Positions 37,897-47,561 of a stretch of DNA of 64,000 bases are shown here, in pieces. The translations under genes were made by a program, and so were the position numbers. Every line of letters begins with the position of its first letter. Positions within the stretch are counted from its first letter, which is position 1. This DNA comes from an uncultured archaeon (GTDB taxonomy: Archaea; Thermoproteota; Nitrososphaeria; Nitrososphaerales; Gagatemarchaeaceae), in assembly GCA_963817525.1 (NCBI GenBank), contig CAWFOU010000001.1:672001-736000 (forward strand), written 5' to 3'. The notes under the pieces are model-generated. The model was given only the letters and a program-made list of their open reading frames with translations, was not told where the DNA came from and searched no databases.

Positions 37897-38898
37897 CTAC
37901 AGGCGATGTTTCCTTCTGGTCATCGCGTAGCACGCGATGAGAGGCAGTGAGGTCGTGGCGTCGGCGATGAGGGTGACCTTCTTCGCCGAAGGCCTCACCT
38001 TGCCCCAGGAAACGGCCTCCTTGACCTGGGCGCCGCTGAGGCTGCCGTCGTATTCAGTCGCTGTCGTGATATAGCAGGCGTAGTCAAGGCCTCCCTTGAA
38101 TTGGGACCACCACAACAGATGATGCTTCGATATCCCGCCGCCTATCACCAGCGCGCCGCTCTTCTTCGAGTCGAAGGTGATGTCCGCGAGCCTCTTCTCG
38201 TCCCCTATGACGTCGACCCGAAAGTCGCTCCGCCTGTTCGCGAATAGCCAGATCTGCGAGCCCACCGCGCCGTCCATCGGGCCGGGGACGAAGATCGGCA
38301 CCTTCTTCTTTCTCGCCCAGTAGAGTATCGAGTGCTCGTCCCCCAGCTCCCCGAGCTCGAAGCAGAGCTGCTCTGTGGTCATGCTCCTCGTCCCCTCCTG
38401 ATACTTGCGCTCCAGCCAGGGCTGGAGGCGCTTCTCGATGGCGGGGCCATAGGTCTCGAGGGGGACGAGGACGTTCCCCAGCCTGTGGTAGCCCATCTTC
38501 TTCACCTTCAAGTCGTCTAGGTCGAAGCTCCCGTGGTAGTAGTCCCCCCAGCTCCGCGCGAGGTCGTGGTCGAGGGTCCCCGAGGCCGTGATTATCACGT
38601 CCACCATCCCTTCGCGTATCATGTCGACGATCACCCCCCTCGTCCCCGTGGCCACCAGGGCGGCCGGGAAGGAGAGGAACTTCGTGCACTTTGTGTCGTC
38701 GAGCATCGCGGTGTAGACCTTCGCCGCCTCGGCGAGGTGCCTCCCCATGAAGCCCCCGGCTGCGTCCATCTGGTCGACGAGCGAGGCGACCTCCTTGGAG
38801 GGCTCGAGGCGGATGTCCCTGACCTTCTCTGGCAACTGGATTTCGGGCCAGGCCTTTCGTCCTTTAAAGTCGTTCGCGGCCGGAGCAGTTTCAGGCAT
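37897..38898 (-). CDS. dys: Deoxyhypusine synthase
   Basis: HRLGNV, DGAVG, GGGISKH, DGSLSGA...EAVSWGK; start reset to MPETA. Confidence 0.93.
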   Translation of the reverse strand: MPETAPAANDFKGRKAWPEIQLPEKVRDIRLEPSKEVASLVDQMDAAGGFMGRHLAEAAKVYTAMLDDTKCTKFLSFPAALVATGTRGVIVDMIREGMVDVIITASGTLDHDLARSWGDYYHGSFDLDDLKVKKMGYHRLGNVLVPLETYGPAIEKRLQPWLERKYQEGTRSMTTEQLCFELGELGDEHSILYWARKKKVPIFVPGPMDGAVGSQIWLFANRRSDFRVDVIGDEKRLADITFDSKKSGALVIGGGISKHHLLWWSQFKGGLDYACYITTATEYDGSLSGAQVKEAVSWGKVRPSAKKVTLIADATTSLPLIACYAMTRRKHRL

Positions 38899-39006
38899 CC
38901 CGCCCCCCTCCGCAACGGGCCGACACCATGGAGGGCGATGAGGCCGAGCGCGACGGCTTCCCGGTAGCCGGCCCAGGAGATTACTCCGGGGCGCCTGGCT
39001 CCCCTC

Positions 39007-40038
39007 ATGCTTACTTCGGCTTACTCTGTGGACGACGTCAGGTGCGCGAACTGCTCGGGGAGGATGGTCGACATCGACGAGGAGATAGTCTGCTCGTCGT
39101 GCGGGAGCGTCAGGCCAAAGGAGGTCGTGGCCGGCGCGGGGGGCGGCCCGGCCGCCGCGAGGAGGGCGCACGCGGTGGACTACACCAACCACTCGCTCGG
39201 GAGCTTCCTCGGGCCCATCGAGCACGACCGAGACGAGCCGCCCTCCAAGGGGCTCTCCGGCTCCTCCTCGACGTTCAGGTACCTCAAGACCATCTCCGAC
39301 TACTCGCAGGTGGACGAGGCGGGGGTCTACCCCTGCGCGAAGCTCATCGAGAGGATATGCGAGAAGCTCTCGCTGCCCCCGGGGGTGACAGGCCAGGCCA
39401 TAGCCGTGTCCAAGGGGCTGCTCGTCATCAGGAAGCAGCGGACGGGGTACACGATAGCGGCGATCGCAGCGTTCTCGATTATCAGCGCCTGCAGGATCTG
39501 CGGCGTCCCGAGCGTCGGCGTGAAGGAGGTGGTCGCAGCTCACAGGGCGCTCGGGCACAACGTGAGGCCGTCCACGCTCATCAGGATGGGGTTCGACTCC
39601 CCGGTGAAGGCGAGCGCGATGAGGGCGGAGGAGCACCTGGGGAGGGTGGCGGCCCGCCTCTCGGAGACCCTGCCCGGGCTCGGCGCGCCCCCAGGCTACC
39701 AGTACAGGCTGCTCCATCTGGCGAGGAGGGCGCTCGCGACGCTGGACTCCTCGGTGAGGGGCGGGCACAGCCCCTGCGCCCTCGCCGCGACGAGCTTCTA
39801 CGCGGCGGAGATCGCAGTCTCGCAGAGCGAGTCCAGGAAGAGGTTCTTCACCCAGAGGGACGCCGCCAACTGCGTCAACGTGGCGGAGTACACGGTCAGG
39901 GAGCAGTTCTGCGAGCTCTTCAGGCCGAGGTGGGACGAGATCTACGACGAGCTCAGGCCTATGCTGTGGTCCCAGAGCCAAGGACCCTCCAGTCAAAGCT
40001 CCCTGTCGCCCCCTCGACTCCAGGCTCGACGAGCGTGA
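39007..40038 (+). CDS. Divergent transcription initiation factor IIB (TFB) paralogue
   Basis: CANC...VCSSCG zinc ribbon, LGSFLG, two cyclin-like repeats ending TQRDAANCVNVAEYTVRE. Confidence 0.8.
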   Translation: MLTSAYSVDDVRCANCSGRMVDIDEEIVCSSCGSVRPKEVVAGAGGGPAAARRAHAVDYTNHSLGSFLGPIEHDRDEPPSKGLSGSSSTFRYLKTISDYSQVDEAGVYPCAKLIERICEKLSLPPGVTGQAIAVSKGLLVIRKQRTGYTIAAIAAFSIISACRICGVPSVGVKEVVAAHRALGHNVRPSTLIRMGFDSPVKASAMRAEEHLGRVAARLSETLPGLGAPPGYQYRLLHLARRALATLDSSVRGGHSPCALAATSFYAAEIAVSQSESRKRFFTQRDAANCVNVAEYTVREQFCELFRPRWDEIYDELRPMLWSQSQGPSSQSSLSPPRLQARRA

Positions 40039-40735
40039 ACCAGTAGGCCGCCGAGCACGAGGCGGCGTAGCTCCAGCCCGCGGACAAATCGAACCCTAGG
40101 CCGGACGCTACGTCCACCAGCCCCGGCAGAGCTGCATCGAACGCCTCCTCCTCCACTGTGGCATTGCAAGGCGAGGCCGAGAGCGCCGCGGCGAGGGCGC
40201 CCGCCGTAGAGGCGCAGAGCGAGGAGGCAGCGCTCACCCGAATCGGGAGGTTCAGGGCGTGGGTCTCTTGTCTCACGAGCGAGACGGAGCCGCCTCCCCC
40301 GACCTCCCTCACGCTCAGGACCTCACGCAGGCCCAGCGTCCCGGGGACGTACCCCGCGAAGGGCGCCACCAGCGTCAGGTTGTCCTCCACTGCTGTTGTG
40401 GTCGGCCACTCGTTGGCGGTCGCGTTCGCCTGGTAGGAGATCCCAGAGTCCTCTCCGGAGGTCGAGCTCGACGCGGCAAGCGAGCCCAGGTACTGCGGCA
40501 GATCAGCGCAATCGGCTGGGGTCGACGAGAGGTACCCCTGCGCCTGGGCGAGGACGTCGAGCGAGAGGCTCCCCGAGAGAGACCGCTCCAGCAGCAGCTC
40601 CCGGGACTCCGTGCCCGAGGCCTGGGCGCTCGCGGCGAGGTTGTCCTGGGCCGTCATCACGGTCGCGTCGGCCACCACCAAGACCGTGAGGAGGACGACC
40701 GAGGCGAGGGTCGCGGCTACCGCCTTACGAGCCAT
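39959..40735 (-). CDS. Pilin-like secreted protein
   Basis: MARKA|VAATLASVVLL class III-like signal peptide; Cys pairs; last gene of an overlapping operon. Confidence 0.6.
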   Translation of the reverse strand: MARKAVAATLASVVLLTVLVVADATVMTAQDNLAASAQASGTESRELLLERSLSGSLSLDVLAQAQGYLSSTPADCADLPQYLGSLAASSSTSGEDSGISYQANATANEWPTTTAVEDNLTLVAPFAGYVPGTLGLREVLSVREVGGGGSVSLVRQETHALNLPIRVSAASSLCASTAGALAAALSASPCNATVEEEAFDAALPGLVDVASGLGFDLSAGWSYAASCSAAYWFTLVEPGVEGATGSFDWRVLGSGTTA

Positions 40736-41082
40736 GCCTCTAACACCACGGTGCGGGATGGGAGGGTGAGGGTGAGCGAGGAGGACGCGAGGGGCGAGGA
40801 GGGCCCGGCCTGCGGGGAGCACGGCGAGCCTTGGATCAGGACGCCGATCTCCAGGGTGGAGTTGCTCGCCTCCGCGACTGAGGCGCAGACGGCCGATGTG
40901 GGCGAGGTCGCGAGGAAGGGCAGACCGACGTGTCCCATGTACGCCAGCATCGCGGAGTCGAGCGACGACTGAGCCCCTGCCTCCGCGGCTGTTTCTTGCG
41001 GGGCGACCGGGTTCATGAGGACGATGAGCGAGAGGCACAGCGCGGCGTAGCCGGACGCCACCGCGATGTCGATGATCTGCAA
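40717..41082 (-). CDS. Minor pilin-like membrane protein
   Basis: N-terminal hydrophobic helix (QIIDIAVA...), small Cys-containing ectodomain. Confidence 0.5.
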   Translation of the reverse strand: MQIIDIAVASGYAALCLSLIVLMNPVAPQETAAEAGAQSSLDSAMLAYMGHVGLPFLATSPTSAVCASVAEASNSTLEIGVLIQGSPCSPQAGPSSPLASSSLTLTLPSRTVVLEAWLVRR

Positions 41083-41086
41083 AGGC

Positions 41087-41191
41087 CTAGCCCCCCAGCC
41101 CGAGGTGCGACAAGACCACCGAGAGCCCGAGGAGGGTCGCGCTCGTCAGCATCGCCAGGGCGATGCAGACCTCCACATAGTCCTCAATCAT
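41087..41191 (-). CDS. 34-aa single-TM pilin-like peptide (not in ORF track)
   Basis: MIEDYVEVCIALAMLTSATLLGLSVVLSHLGLGG* fills the operon gap with a coupled start. Confidence 0.5.
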   Translation of the reverse strand: MIEDYVEVCIALAMLTSATLLGLSVVLSHLGLGG

Positions 41192-41570
41192 CCCGCGCCT
41201 GCGCAACCACCACTTCGCCTCCGCTCAGCGTAAAGTCGTAGGTCTCCCCCGGGTGAAGAGTCGTTTGGGGCAGCTCCCACCGCACCTGTGCCGTCGCCGT
41301 CGAGCTCCCGAAGGACGCGGCTATTGTCGTGCCCCCGAGCGCGACAGAGAGCTGCACGCCCGGGTAGCTCTCGAGGCCAGAGACCACCGTGGTCCCCGAC
41401 GACATCGAATCGATCATCGCCTGCAGGCCCGAGGCGACAGCCTGGGCTGACCTCTCCTGCGAGGCGGAGTAGACGAGATAGACCGGCCTGGCGAGCAGCA
41501 CCGCGAGCCCGATGATGGAGGCGAAGTAGATGGCTTGGGAGAGCTGAGAGGTGACGGCGACTGTGGGCAA
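41184..41570 (-). CDS. Minor pilin-like membrane protein
   Basis: N-terminal TM helix, then helix and beta-rich domain. Confidence 0.5.
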   Translation of the reverse strand: MPTVAVTSQLSQAIYFASIIGLAVLLARPVYLVYSASQERSAQAVASGLQAMIDSMSSGTTVVSGLESYPGVQLSVALGGTTIAASFGSSTATAQVRWELPQTTLHPGETYDFTLSGGEVVVAQARDD

Positions 41571-41571
41571 C

Positions 41572-41937
41572 TCAGCAGGACACCCCGAGGCTGAGCGAGT
41601 CGCCGGGCGCAGAAAATGCGAGAGTGCACGCCCCGGTCAAGCCCCGATAGTCGAAGGAGCACGGGAAGCCCACCTCGTAACCTCTGGACTGGTCGTCTAT
41701 GGTGACGGAGAGAGAGCCCGCGGAGCACGAGAGGGAGGCGCTCTGGAGCGGGAGGAGGAGGGTCACGTTCCTCCCCTCGACCGCAGCGATCCGCGCGGCG
41801 CCGGCAATCTGGTCCGAGGCGGAGGCAGAGGCGACGTCGTTGAGCCCAGGCATCGCCCCGCTCACGACCGCTATACTGGCCGCGGCCAGGCCCGCGGTGA
41901 TTCCCAACACGAGGACGTACTCTATGATCTCTACCAT
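41572..41937 (-). CDS. Pilin-like protein
   Basis: MVEIIEYVLVLGITAGLAAA (Glu early in hydrophobic helix, EY as in Flp/TadE-like pilins). Confidence 0.55.
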   Translation of the reverse strand: MVEIIEYVLVLGITAGLAAASIAVVSGAMPGLNDVASASASDQIAGAARIAAVEGRNVTLLLPLQSASLSCSAGSLSVTIDDQSRGYEVGFPCSFDYRGLTGACTLAFSAPGDSLSLGVSC

Positions 41938-42018
41938 CCGATTCCGACAGAGAAGGCTCCACGGAGATTTAAGCGGCCACGCGTTGGCGCTTTATTACCC
42001 GGCGACCCTCTTTCAGGG

Positions 42019-43491
42019 ATGATCGGCCGGGTCGAGAGGGCGCTCCTGCTCTTCGCCAGGAAGAAGAAAGGAAAGGGCGCCTCGAGCGGACCGCTCCTGA
42101 TAGAGCTGCTCCAGCCCTCCGACGGCGAGCTGACAGAGTCGTACCCGGTCGGGCTCTTCAGGTGCGAGGTCAGGAAGGGGGAGGAGGGGAACCTCTACGA
42201 CATCGTGCCCGTGCTCGGTGCGGAGAACCTCGCGATGCTGCGCGCAGCCGTCGGGCGGATAAGCGAGAGGCTCCGCGTCGAGCAGGTGGAGCCCCTGAGC
42301 TTCACGAGGCTCATCGAAGTCCTAGGCCAGATGGCGGCCCACGAGCTCTCGAAGGTCCGCGACCTCGGGATGGTGAGGGAGCTCTCGCGCCTCGCGGCCT
42401 TCGAGGCCGTGGGGCTCCCGACTGTCTTCGCGCTCTCCAGGGACAAGAACGTCCAAGAGTTCTTCCTCGACTCCCCGAACTCGCCCGTGTACCTCGACCA
42501 CGCGAAGTACGGCAGGTGCGAGAGCAGGATCTTCCTGACCGAGAGGGAGAGGCGGGCTCTCGAGACTCACATGGACACGTTCAAAGGCTACACTCTCGAC
42601 TACGCCAACCCGTCCCTCAAGAACGAGTTCGACGTCTTCGGGACGAGGCTCCGGGTATCGCTCGACCTCGACCCCCTCGCCGTGAGCGGGTTCTCCCTCG
42701 ACGTGCGCAAGCTCACCTCCAACGTCCTGACCCTCCGCGACCTCGTGGGGATGGACGTCCTCTCCGTTGAGGCCGCAGCGTTCCTTCTCGCCTCCCTTGA
42801 GGCCGGGGTGAACGTGACGATTGTGGGAGAGACGGGGACTGGCAAGACCACGCTCCTGAACTCGCTGGACGAGGCGCTCGACCCGAGGCTCAGGAGGATA
42901 TACATCGAGGACGCGGTCGAGACGAAGGACCTCCTGGAGAGGGGCTACCACCAGATGAAGCTGAGGGTGGACCCGTTCGAGAGGGGGGGCGAGGCGCAGC
43001 GGACCAAGTCAGAGGAGATAACGAAGATACTTCACAGGTCGCCCGACCTGGTGATCCTCGGCGAGATCCAGTCGGAGGAGCACAGCAGGGCGTTCTTCCA
43101 GGCCCTCTCCGCTGGAATAAGGGGGCTCCAGACCTTCCACTCGTCCTCGCCAGAGCAGGCGATCCGGAGGTGGCGGGAGCTCCACGGCATCTCGAAGGTC
43201 AACCTCCTCGACCTCGGAATAATCGTCCAGATGCTCAGGCCCCAGAGGCTCTCCCCGAGGAGGTGCGTCCAGGGCATCTCGGTCGTCACAGGCGGCCTGG
43301 AGGGGGAAGCCGAGCCTCGGCTCCTCAGGCTGTACTCGCGCGGGCCGGAGGGCCCGCTCCGGAGGAGCGCCCCCTGGGGCGAGATAGAGCTCCCGCTGCA
43401 GGCGACGGCGAGGGAGGCGTTCCTCTCGAGCCTGGAGAGGCAGATCGAGAGGATCGGGCAAGCCCAGGGCGCGAGGGCCTCGACGGGTTGA
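42019..43491 (+). CDS. Type II/IV secretion ATPase (VirB11/TadA/ArlI-like)
   Basis: GETGTGKTT, IEDAVE, RSPDLVILGEI, TFHSSS; start reset to MIGRV. Confidence 0.92.
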   Translation: MIGRVERALLLFARKKKGKGASSGPLLIELLQPSDGELTESYPVGLFRCEVRKGEEGNLYDIVPVLGAENLAMLRAAVGRISERLRVEQVEPLSFTRLIEVLGQMAAHELSKVRDLGMVRELSRLAAFEAVGLPTVFALSRDKNVQEFFLDSPNSPVYLDHAKYGRCESRIFLTERERRALETHMDTFKGYTLDYANPSLKNEFDVFGTRLRVSLDLDPLAVSGFSLDVRKLTSNVLTLRDLVGMDVLSVEAAAFLLASLEAGVNVTIVGETGTGKTTLLNSLDEALDPRLRRIYIEDAVETKDLLERGYHQMKLRVDPFERGGEAQRTKSEEITKILHRSPDLVILGEIQSEEHSRAFFQALSAGIRGLQTFHSSSPEQAIRRWRELHGISKVNLLDLGIIVQMLRPQRLSPRRCVQGISVVTGGLEGEAEPRLLRLYSRGPEGPLRRSAPWGEIELPLQATAREAFLSSLERQIERIGQAQGARASTG

Positions 43492-44207
43492 GGATCCAGT
43501 CCTGGGAGCAGGTGGGCCTCGACCAGGCCAGGGCGGCGGCGTTCACGCTCTGCTCGGCGGCGGCCCTCTTCGCCGTCGTGGCCGTGGTGGGAGGGGTGCT
43601 GCGCCTAGGCTCTGTCTCGCTCGTGCTGGGGGCGATGGCCGGCGCGGGCGCGGGGTACCTGATCTCCACAGGCCCGAGGCGGACGTTGCGCGTCGCGGCC
43701 TTCCGGCAGACGGTGGAGGCCCCGCCGTTCGCCGCTTCCTCAAACATCTACCTAAAGTCGACTGGCTCGCGCAGCAAGACCTTCCTGATGCTGCGGGCGG
43801 AGGAGCCCCTCCTGGGCTCTTTCCTGGCGGAGGTCCGGAGGAGGGTGCTTCTGGGCTACGATGCGTCCTCGGCGACAGCGGGCGCCCGGCCTGAGAGCCA
43901 CGTCTTCTCCGAGTCGGTGAAGACGGTCATCAACTCCGTGGTGGGGGTCGACGGGGAGAGGATAGACCAGGGTGGAGACGAGCTCGACGGCATCCTGAAC
44001 TCGGGCGGGCTCGACGAAGAGACGAAGATGCCCCTATTCATCGCGGTCTCGTTCTTCCTCCCGATAATGCTGATGCTGTTCGCGGCGATCACCAAGGGGA
44101 CGGGTCCGGAAGCGATGGCCGCGCTGGTCGTGCTAGAGGTGATCCTCCTCGACCTTACCCTCGCCGTCTCGGGGAGCTCCGTGAGCTGGGGGAAGGAGAA
44201 GGCGTGA
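43488..44207 (+). CDS. TadC/ArlJ-like membrane platform protein
   Basis: TM pairs flanking a helical domain with VRRRVLLGYD; coupled to the ATPase stop. Confidence 0.6.
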   Translation: MRIQSWEQVGLDQARAAAFTLCSAAALFAVVAVVGGVLRLGSVSLVLGAMAGAGAGYLISTGPRRTLRVAAFRQTVEAPPFAASSNIYLKSTGSRSKTFLMLRAEEPLLGSFLAEVRRRVLLGYDASSATAGARPESHVFSESVKTVINSVVGVDGERIDQGGDELDGILNSGGLDEETKMPLFIAVSFFLPIMLMLFAAITKGTGPEAMAALVVLEVILLDLTLAVSGSSVSWGKEKA

Positions 44208-44842
44208 GCGCCCGCACGGCGGCCGAGCTTGAGGTGATGAGGAGGCTCCGGACGGTCCTCAAGCGCTCGTCGAGGGGCCTCGGGCTCGCGGCCGCGTTCG
44301 TCGGCGTCTTCTCCAGGTCGAAGGACGGTGCGGAGAGGGACGCGGTGAGGAGGATTCTTCTCGGGACGCCCGTGGACAGGGCGCTGGCCGGCCTCATGAA
44401 AGAGGCCGGGTCCTCGGGGGAGCTCCTCAGGTTCGTCGCCACCCTCGCCAGGATAAGCTCGCTAGAGGCGAGCAGGGGAGCGGAGAGGCTCTCCTCCCTC
44501 TTCGACAGGTGGACGCTCCTCAAGGAGAAGCGGGCGATGGAGCAGAAGGTGATGGCGTTCAGGGGGATGATCGTGTCGGTCGTCGCGGGTGTGGTCGTGG
44601 GGATGCTGGCGACGCTAGCCCCTGTCATCTCCGGGTTCCAGATAGCGCTGGGGACGACGCCTCAGGCGACGTCCAGCTTCCCGCCTTACGAAGGGGCGCT
44701 CTTCCTCCTCCCCAGCGCGCTCTGCCTCGGGCTCTTCCTTTCGCCCAAGAGGCCCTACGTCAACCTCGCGGTCTCCCTGCTGGCCTTCGCTGGGGTGGTC
44801 TACTTCCTGGGCCCCCTCGCGGACTTTAGCCTGGGGCCGTGA
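44204..44842 (+). CDS. Second TadB/C-like membrane protein
   Basis: VRRILLGTPVDRAL, followed by TM helices. Confidence 0.65.
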   Translation: MSARTAAELEVMRRLRTVLKRSSRGLGLAAAFVGVFSRSKDGAERDAVRRILLGTPVDRALAGLMKEAGSSGELLRFVATLARISSLEASRGAERLSSLFDRWTLLKEKRAMEQKVMAFRGMIVSVVAGVVVGMLATLAPVISGFQIALGTTPQATSSFPPYEGALFLLPSALCLGLFLSPKRPYVNLAVSLLAFAGVVYFLGPLADFSLGP

Positions 44843-44882
44843 GCCCGTGGGAGGTTAAATAACGCAAGGCACTATCTAAGGG

Positions 44883-45101
44883 ATGATCGTCGAAAGGTTA
44901 GTTCCAAGACTGAAGAAGAACAGGAGGGCGGCGCAGCTCATCGAGGAGGCGCTGCTCCTGTCCGTGGCGCTGGTCGCGCTGTCCCTGCTCGTGGGCGGGG
45001 TGGACTCGATTCTGAAGCAGGCGAGCAGCCTCACTTCGAACATCTGGACGTCCATCGACTCGAGCCTCAACGACCTATTCAGCACCGCGTTCCACTGGTG
45101 A
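44883..45101 (+). CDS. Small class III signal peptide pilin (Flp-like)
   Basis: KKNRRA|AQLIEEALLL: basic leader, Q+2, E+5, hydrophobic helix; GTTAAATA box upstream. Confidence 0.75.
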   Translation: MIVERLVPRLKKNRRAAQLIEEALLLSVALVALSLLVGGVDSILKQASSLTSNIWTSIDSSLNDLFSTAFHW

Positions 45102-46897
45102 GGGTCGGGACCATGGTCGCGGAGGAGGACTCGGTCTCGGCGGTGGGCAGGGGCGCGGGGAACCTCTTCTCGCGCTTCAAGTGGAGGTTGGCGAGCAGCG
45201 TCCCCATCAGGGTCGACTCCGTCTCCGTGGTCGATGGCAGGTACCTCGCGACGACGCGGTCCAACAACGTCCGGCTCTTCTCGCTCCTCAGGGTCCACCT
45301 CTCCGACTCGGTCGAGGAGCCCAAGCTCGACTACTCGGCCGCCGTCAGGATCACGCTGCAGCACCAGCGGATGAAGGGCCTTCTGGACGGCCTCCACAGG
45401 GCGAAGATACCCTTCCTCTACACGATGATGGTAAAGCCGTCAAACCAGGACGAGGACGAGGAGAACCAGATCTTCGAGTTCGACCTTGTCGTCGGGACGT
45501 GGGTCGACGCAAGAGGGAAGGAGCTGAAGGACGCGAGGTCCGAGTGCGAGCAGAATGCCGCCACCCTCGCGGCCACGCTCTCGGTCGGCCTTCCCAACTC
45601 GTCCGTGAGGCGCCTCACCCGGAGCGAGCTGGCAGGCTTCGCGAAGGCGCTGCTCCTCCCCGAGGAGCCGAAGCTCCGGCAGGTGGCGGACTCGGCCACG
45701 CTGAGCACGCTAGAGTCGTTCGAGGGGCACGGTCCCAGCGTCGCGCCCGCGAGCGTGTCTCCCGACTTTTACCTCCCCAACTCGAAGGAGTCCGGGGAGC
45801 GCGGGGAGGGGATAGTGCTGGGGCGCGTAAAGGCGAGGTCGGGGAGCGCGCACGAGTTCAGGCTCCAGCTGGAAGACCTCAGGCGCCACGTGACGCTCAT
45901 GGGGATGACGGGCTCGGGCAAGTCCACCACGGCGGGGGTGATAGTCCGGCAGGTCGCCGCGATGGGCCTCCCGGTGATGATCCTCGACTGGCACACAGAA
46001 CACGCCGAACTCGTGAAGTCGGTCGGCGGCCAAGTCCTCTCACCCGGGAAGGACGATTTCGCGATAAACCCGCTCGACGTCGGCCCTGCAACGGAGCCAT
46101 CCGAACACATCGAAATGATCACCGACATCTTCTCCGACACGTATCACTTCACCCATCCGCAGGCGTACATGTTCAGGAACGCGCTCCAGCGGTGCCTCGG
46201 AGAATCGTCCGAGCGCGAGGTCCCGACCCTGGCCTCGCTTGTCAGCACCATCGAGAGCTACCCTCTCAGGTCGGCATACGATAACGAGACCAAGGTCGCC
46301 CTCCTGAGGCGGCTGGTGCCGCTGACTCAGGGGAGCGTTGGGAGAGCATTCAACTCTCCTTCTAGCCACACCGTTGATGAGCTCCTGGACAAGGTCCTCT
46401 GCGTCGAACTCGGGCAAATTAGAGACATCCAGTCCAGGAGCATCTTCGCAGACATCCTGATGAAGCTCATCTACGAGACCAGACTCTCGAGGAAGGCGAG
46501 GATGGAGCACCTCATGATGATCGAGGAGGCGCGCAACATCGCGCCGGTCAGGAGGGACGAGGACCCTCCGAGCGTTGGAGAGAGGATGATATCGGAGTTG
46601 AGGAAGTTCGGGGAATCGATGCTCTTCATCGCACAGTTCCCCAGCCAGGTGGCGCCGGAGGTAGTGAAGAACTCCGGCGTGAGGATAATCCACAGGGTGG
46701 CATGGGCGGAGGACCTCCGGCTGGTGCGCGACTCGCTAAACCTCACCCCGGAGCAGCTGGCGTACGTCTCGACCTTGGGCGTGGGCGAGGCTGTCGTGAG
46801 CCTCACCAGGCTCCAGAAGCCGCTCTTGGTTCAGGTCGAGGCGGGAAGCTCTGTCCTGCCCGTGAGGAGAGACATCAGCCTGGCAGAGGAATCGTAG
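45098..46897 (+). CDS. HerA/FtsK/VirB4-like ATPase
   Basis: RHVTLMGMTGSGKST, ILDWHTEH, INPL, IEEARNI, ELRKFG, IAQFPS, LGVGEAVV. Confidence 0.88.
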   Translation: MRVGTMVAEEDSVSAVGRGAGNLFSRFKWRLASSVPIRVDSVSVVDGRYLATTRSNNVRLFSLLRVHLSDSVEEPKLDYSAAVRITLQHQRMKGLLDGLHRAKIPFLYTMMVKPSNQDEDEENQIFEFDLVVGTWVDARGKELKDARSECEQNAATLAATLSVGLPNSSVRRLTRSELAGFAKALLLPEEPKLRQVADSATLSTLESFEGHGPSVAPASVSPDFYLPNSKESGERGEGIVLGRVKARSGSAHEFRLQLEDLRRHVTLMGMTGSGKSTTAGVIVRQVAAMGLPVMILDWHTEHAELVKSVGGQVLSPGKDDFAINPLDVGPATEPSEHIEMITDIFSDTYHFTHPQAYMFRNALQRCLGESSEREVPTLASLVSTIESYPLRSAYDNETKVALLRRLVPLTQGSVGRAFNSPSSHTVDELLDKVLCVELGQIRDIQSRSIFADILMKLIYETRLSRKARMEHLMMIEEARNIAPVRRDEDPPSVGERMISELRKFGESMLFIAQFPSQVAPEVVKNSGVRIIHRVAWAEDLRLVRDSLNLTPEQLAYVSTLGVGEAVVSLTRLQKPLLVQVEAGSSVLPVRRDISLAEES

Positions 46898-47063
46898 CCC
46901 TCGGTCCGGTAGATCTATCTCGTGGGTCGGCGCTTCCTCCCTATCGGCAACACTGCCCGGGCCGCCATCTTGGCGGAAATGGACGTGCTTCCAGCGGCAG
47001 AGGCACTCGCGAAATTCGAGGCCTTTGACAGGCACCTCCGTTCGCAGGTAGGTCCTTGACTCG

Positions 47064-47561
47064 CTAGCTGCTGAACGCAGAGACCACATTCTTCAGTTCG
47101 GCTGATTCCATCGGCGTCGCCAGTGCGTCGACGACGTCCCAGCGTATGGCCGTCCCCAGTCGCCGGCAGAGCGTTTGGACATCCTCGATATCCTGAGGAC
47201 GTGATGCGCGCATCTTTGCTATCAGCAAGGCCTCCAGACACATGACCCGTATCTCGCCCGATCCCACTCGTTTCATGACTGCTGTCGAGAACACCTCAGA
47301 GACCGGAATCCCGCTGACGTCTCTGGTGTACACGTCCAGCTTCACCCCTTCCGGCGTTCTGATCACCTTCTTCCCGCTTTCATGAAAGATGCGGTACCCC
47401 AGCCCTTCGAACTCTTCGTCGCTCAGTGGGGTGGCGAGGGCCAGGTCGATGTCCCGCGTGCGGCGGTACGGGCCGACGTGGCAGATGACAGCGAAGGCGC
47501 CGACGAAGACCACCTCTTTCAGGTCCCGCGAGACCCTCACGGCTATGCTCTCGAGGCTCAC
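47064..47561 (-). CDS. Nucleotidyltransferase, AbiEii/MenT-like putative toxin
   Basis: VFVGAFAV...R.TRDIDL, LIAKMRASRPQDIED. Confidence 0.75.
   Translation of the reverse strand: MSLESIAVRVSRDLKEVVFVGAFAVICHVGPYRRTRDIDLALATPLSDEEFEGLGYRIFHESGKKVIRTPEGVKLDVYTRDVSGIPVSEVFSTAVMKRVGSGEIRVMCLEALLIAKMRASRPQDIEDVQTLCRRLGTAIRWDVVDALATPMESAELKNVVSAFSS

Noticed and set aside
37897-39996. 699-aa ORF suggesting a large N-terminal fusion to deoxyhypusine synthase
   Set aside because: The extension is antisense to the TFB paralogue; DHS similarity begins near 38898
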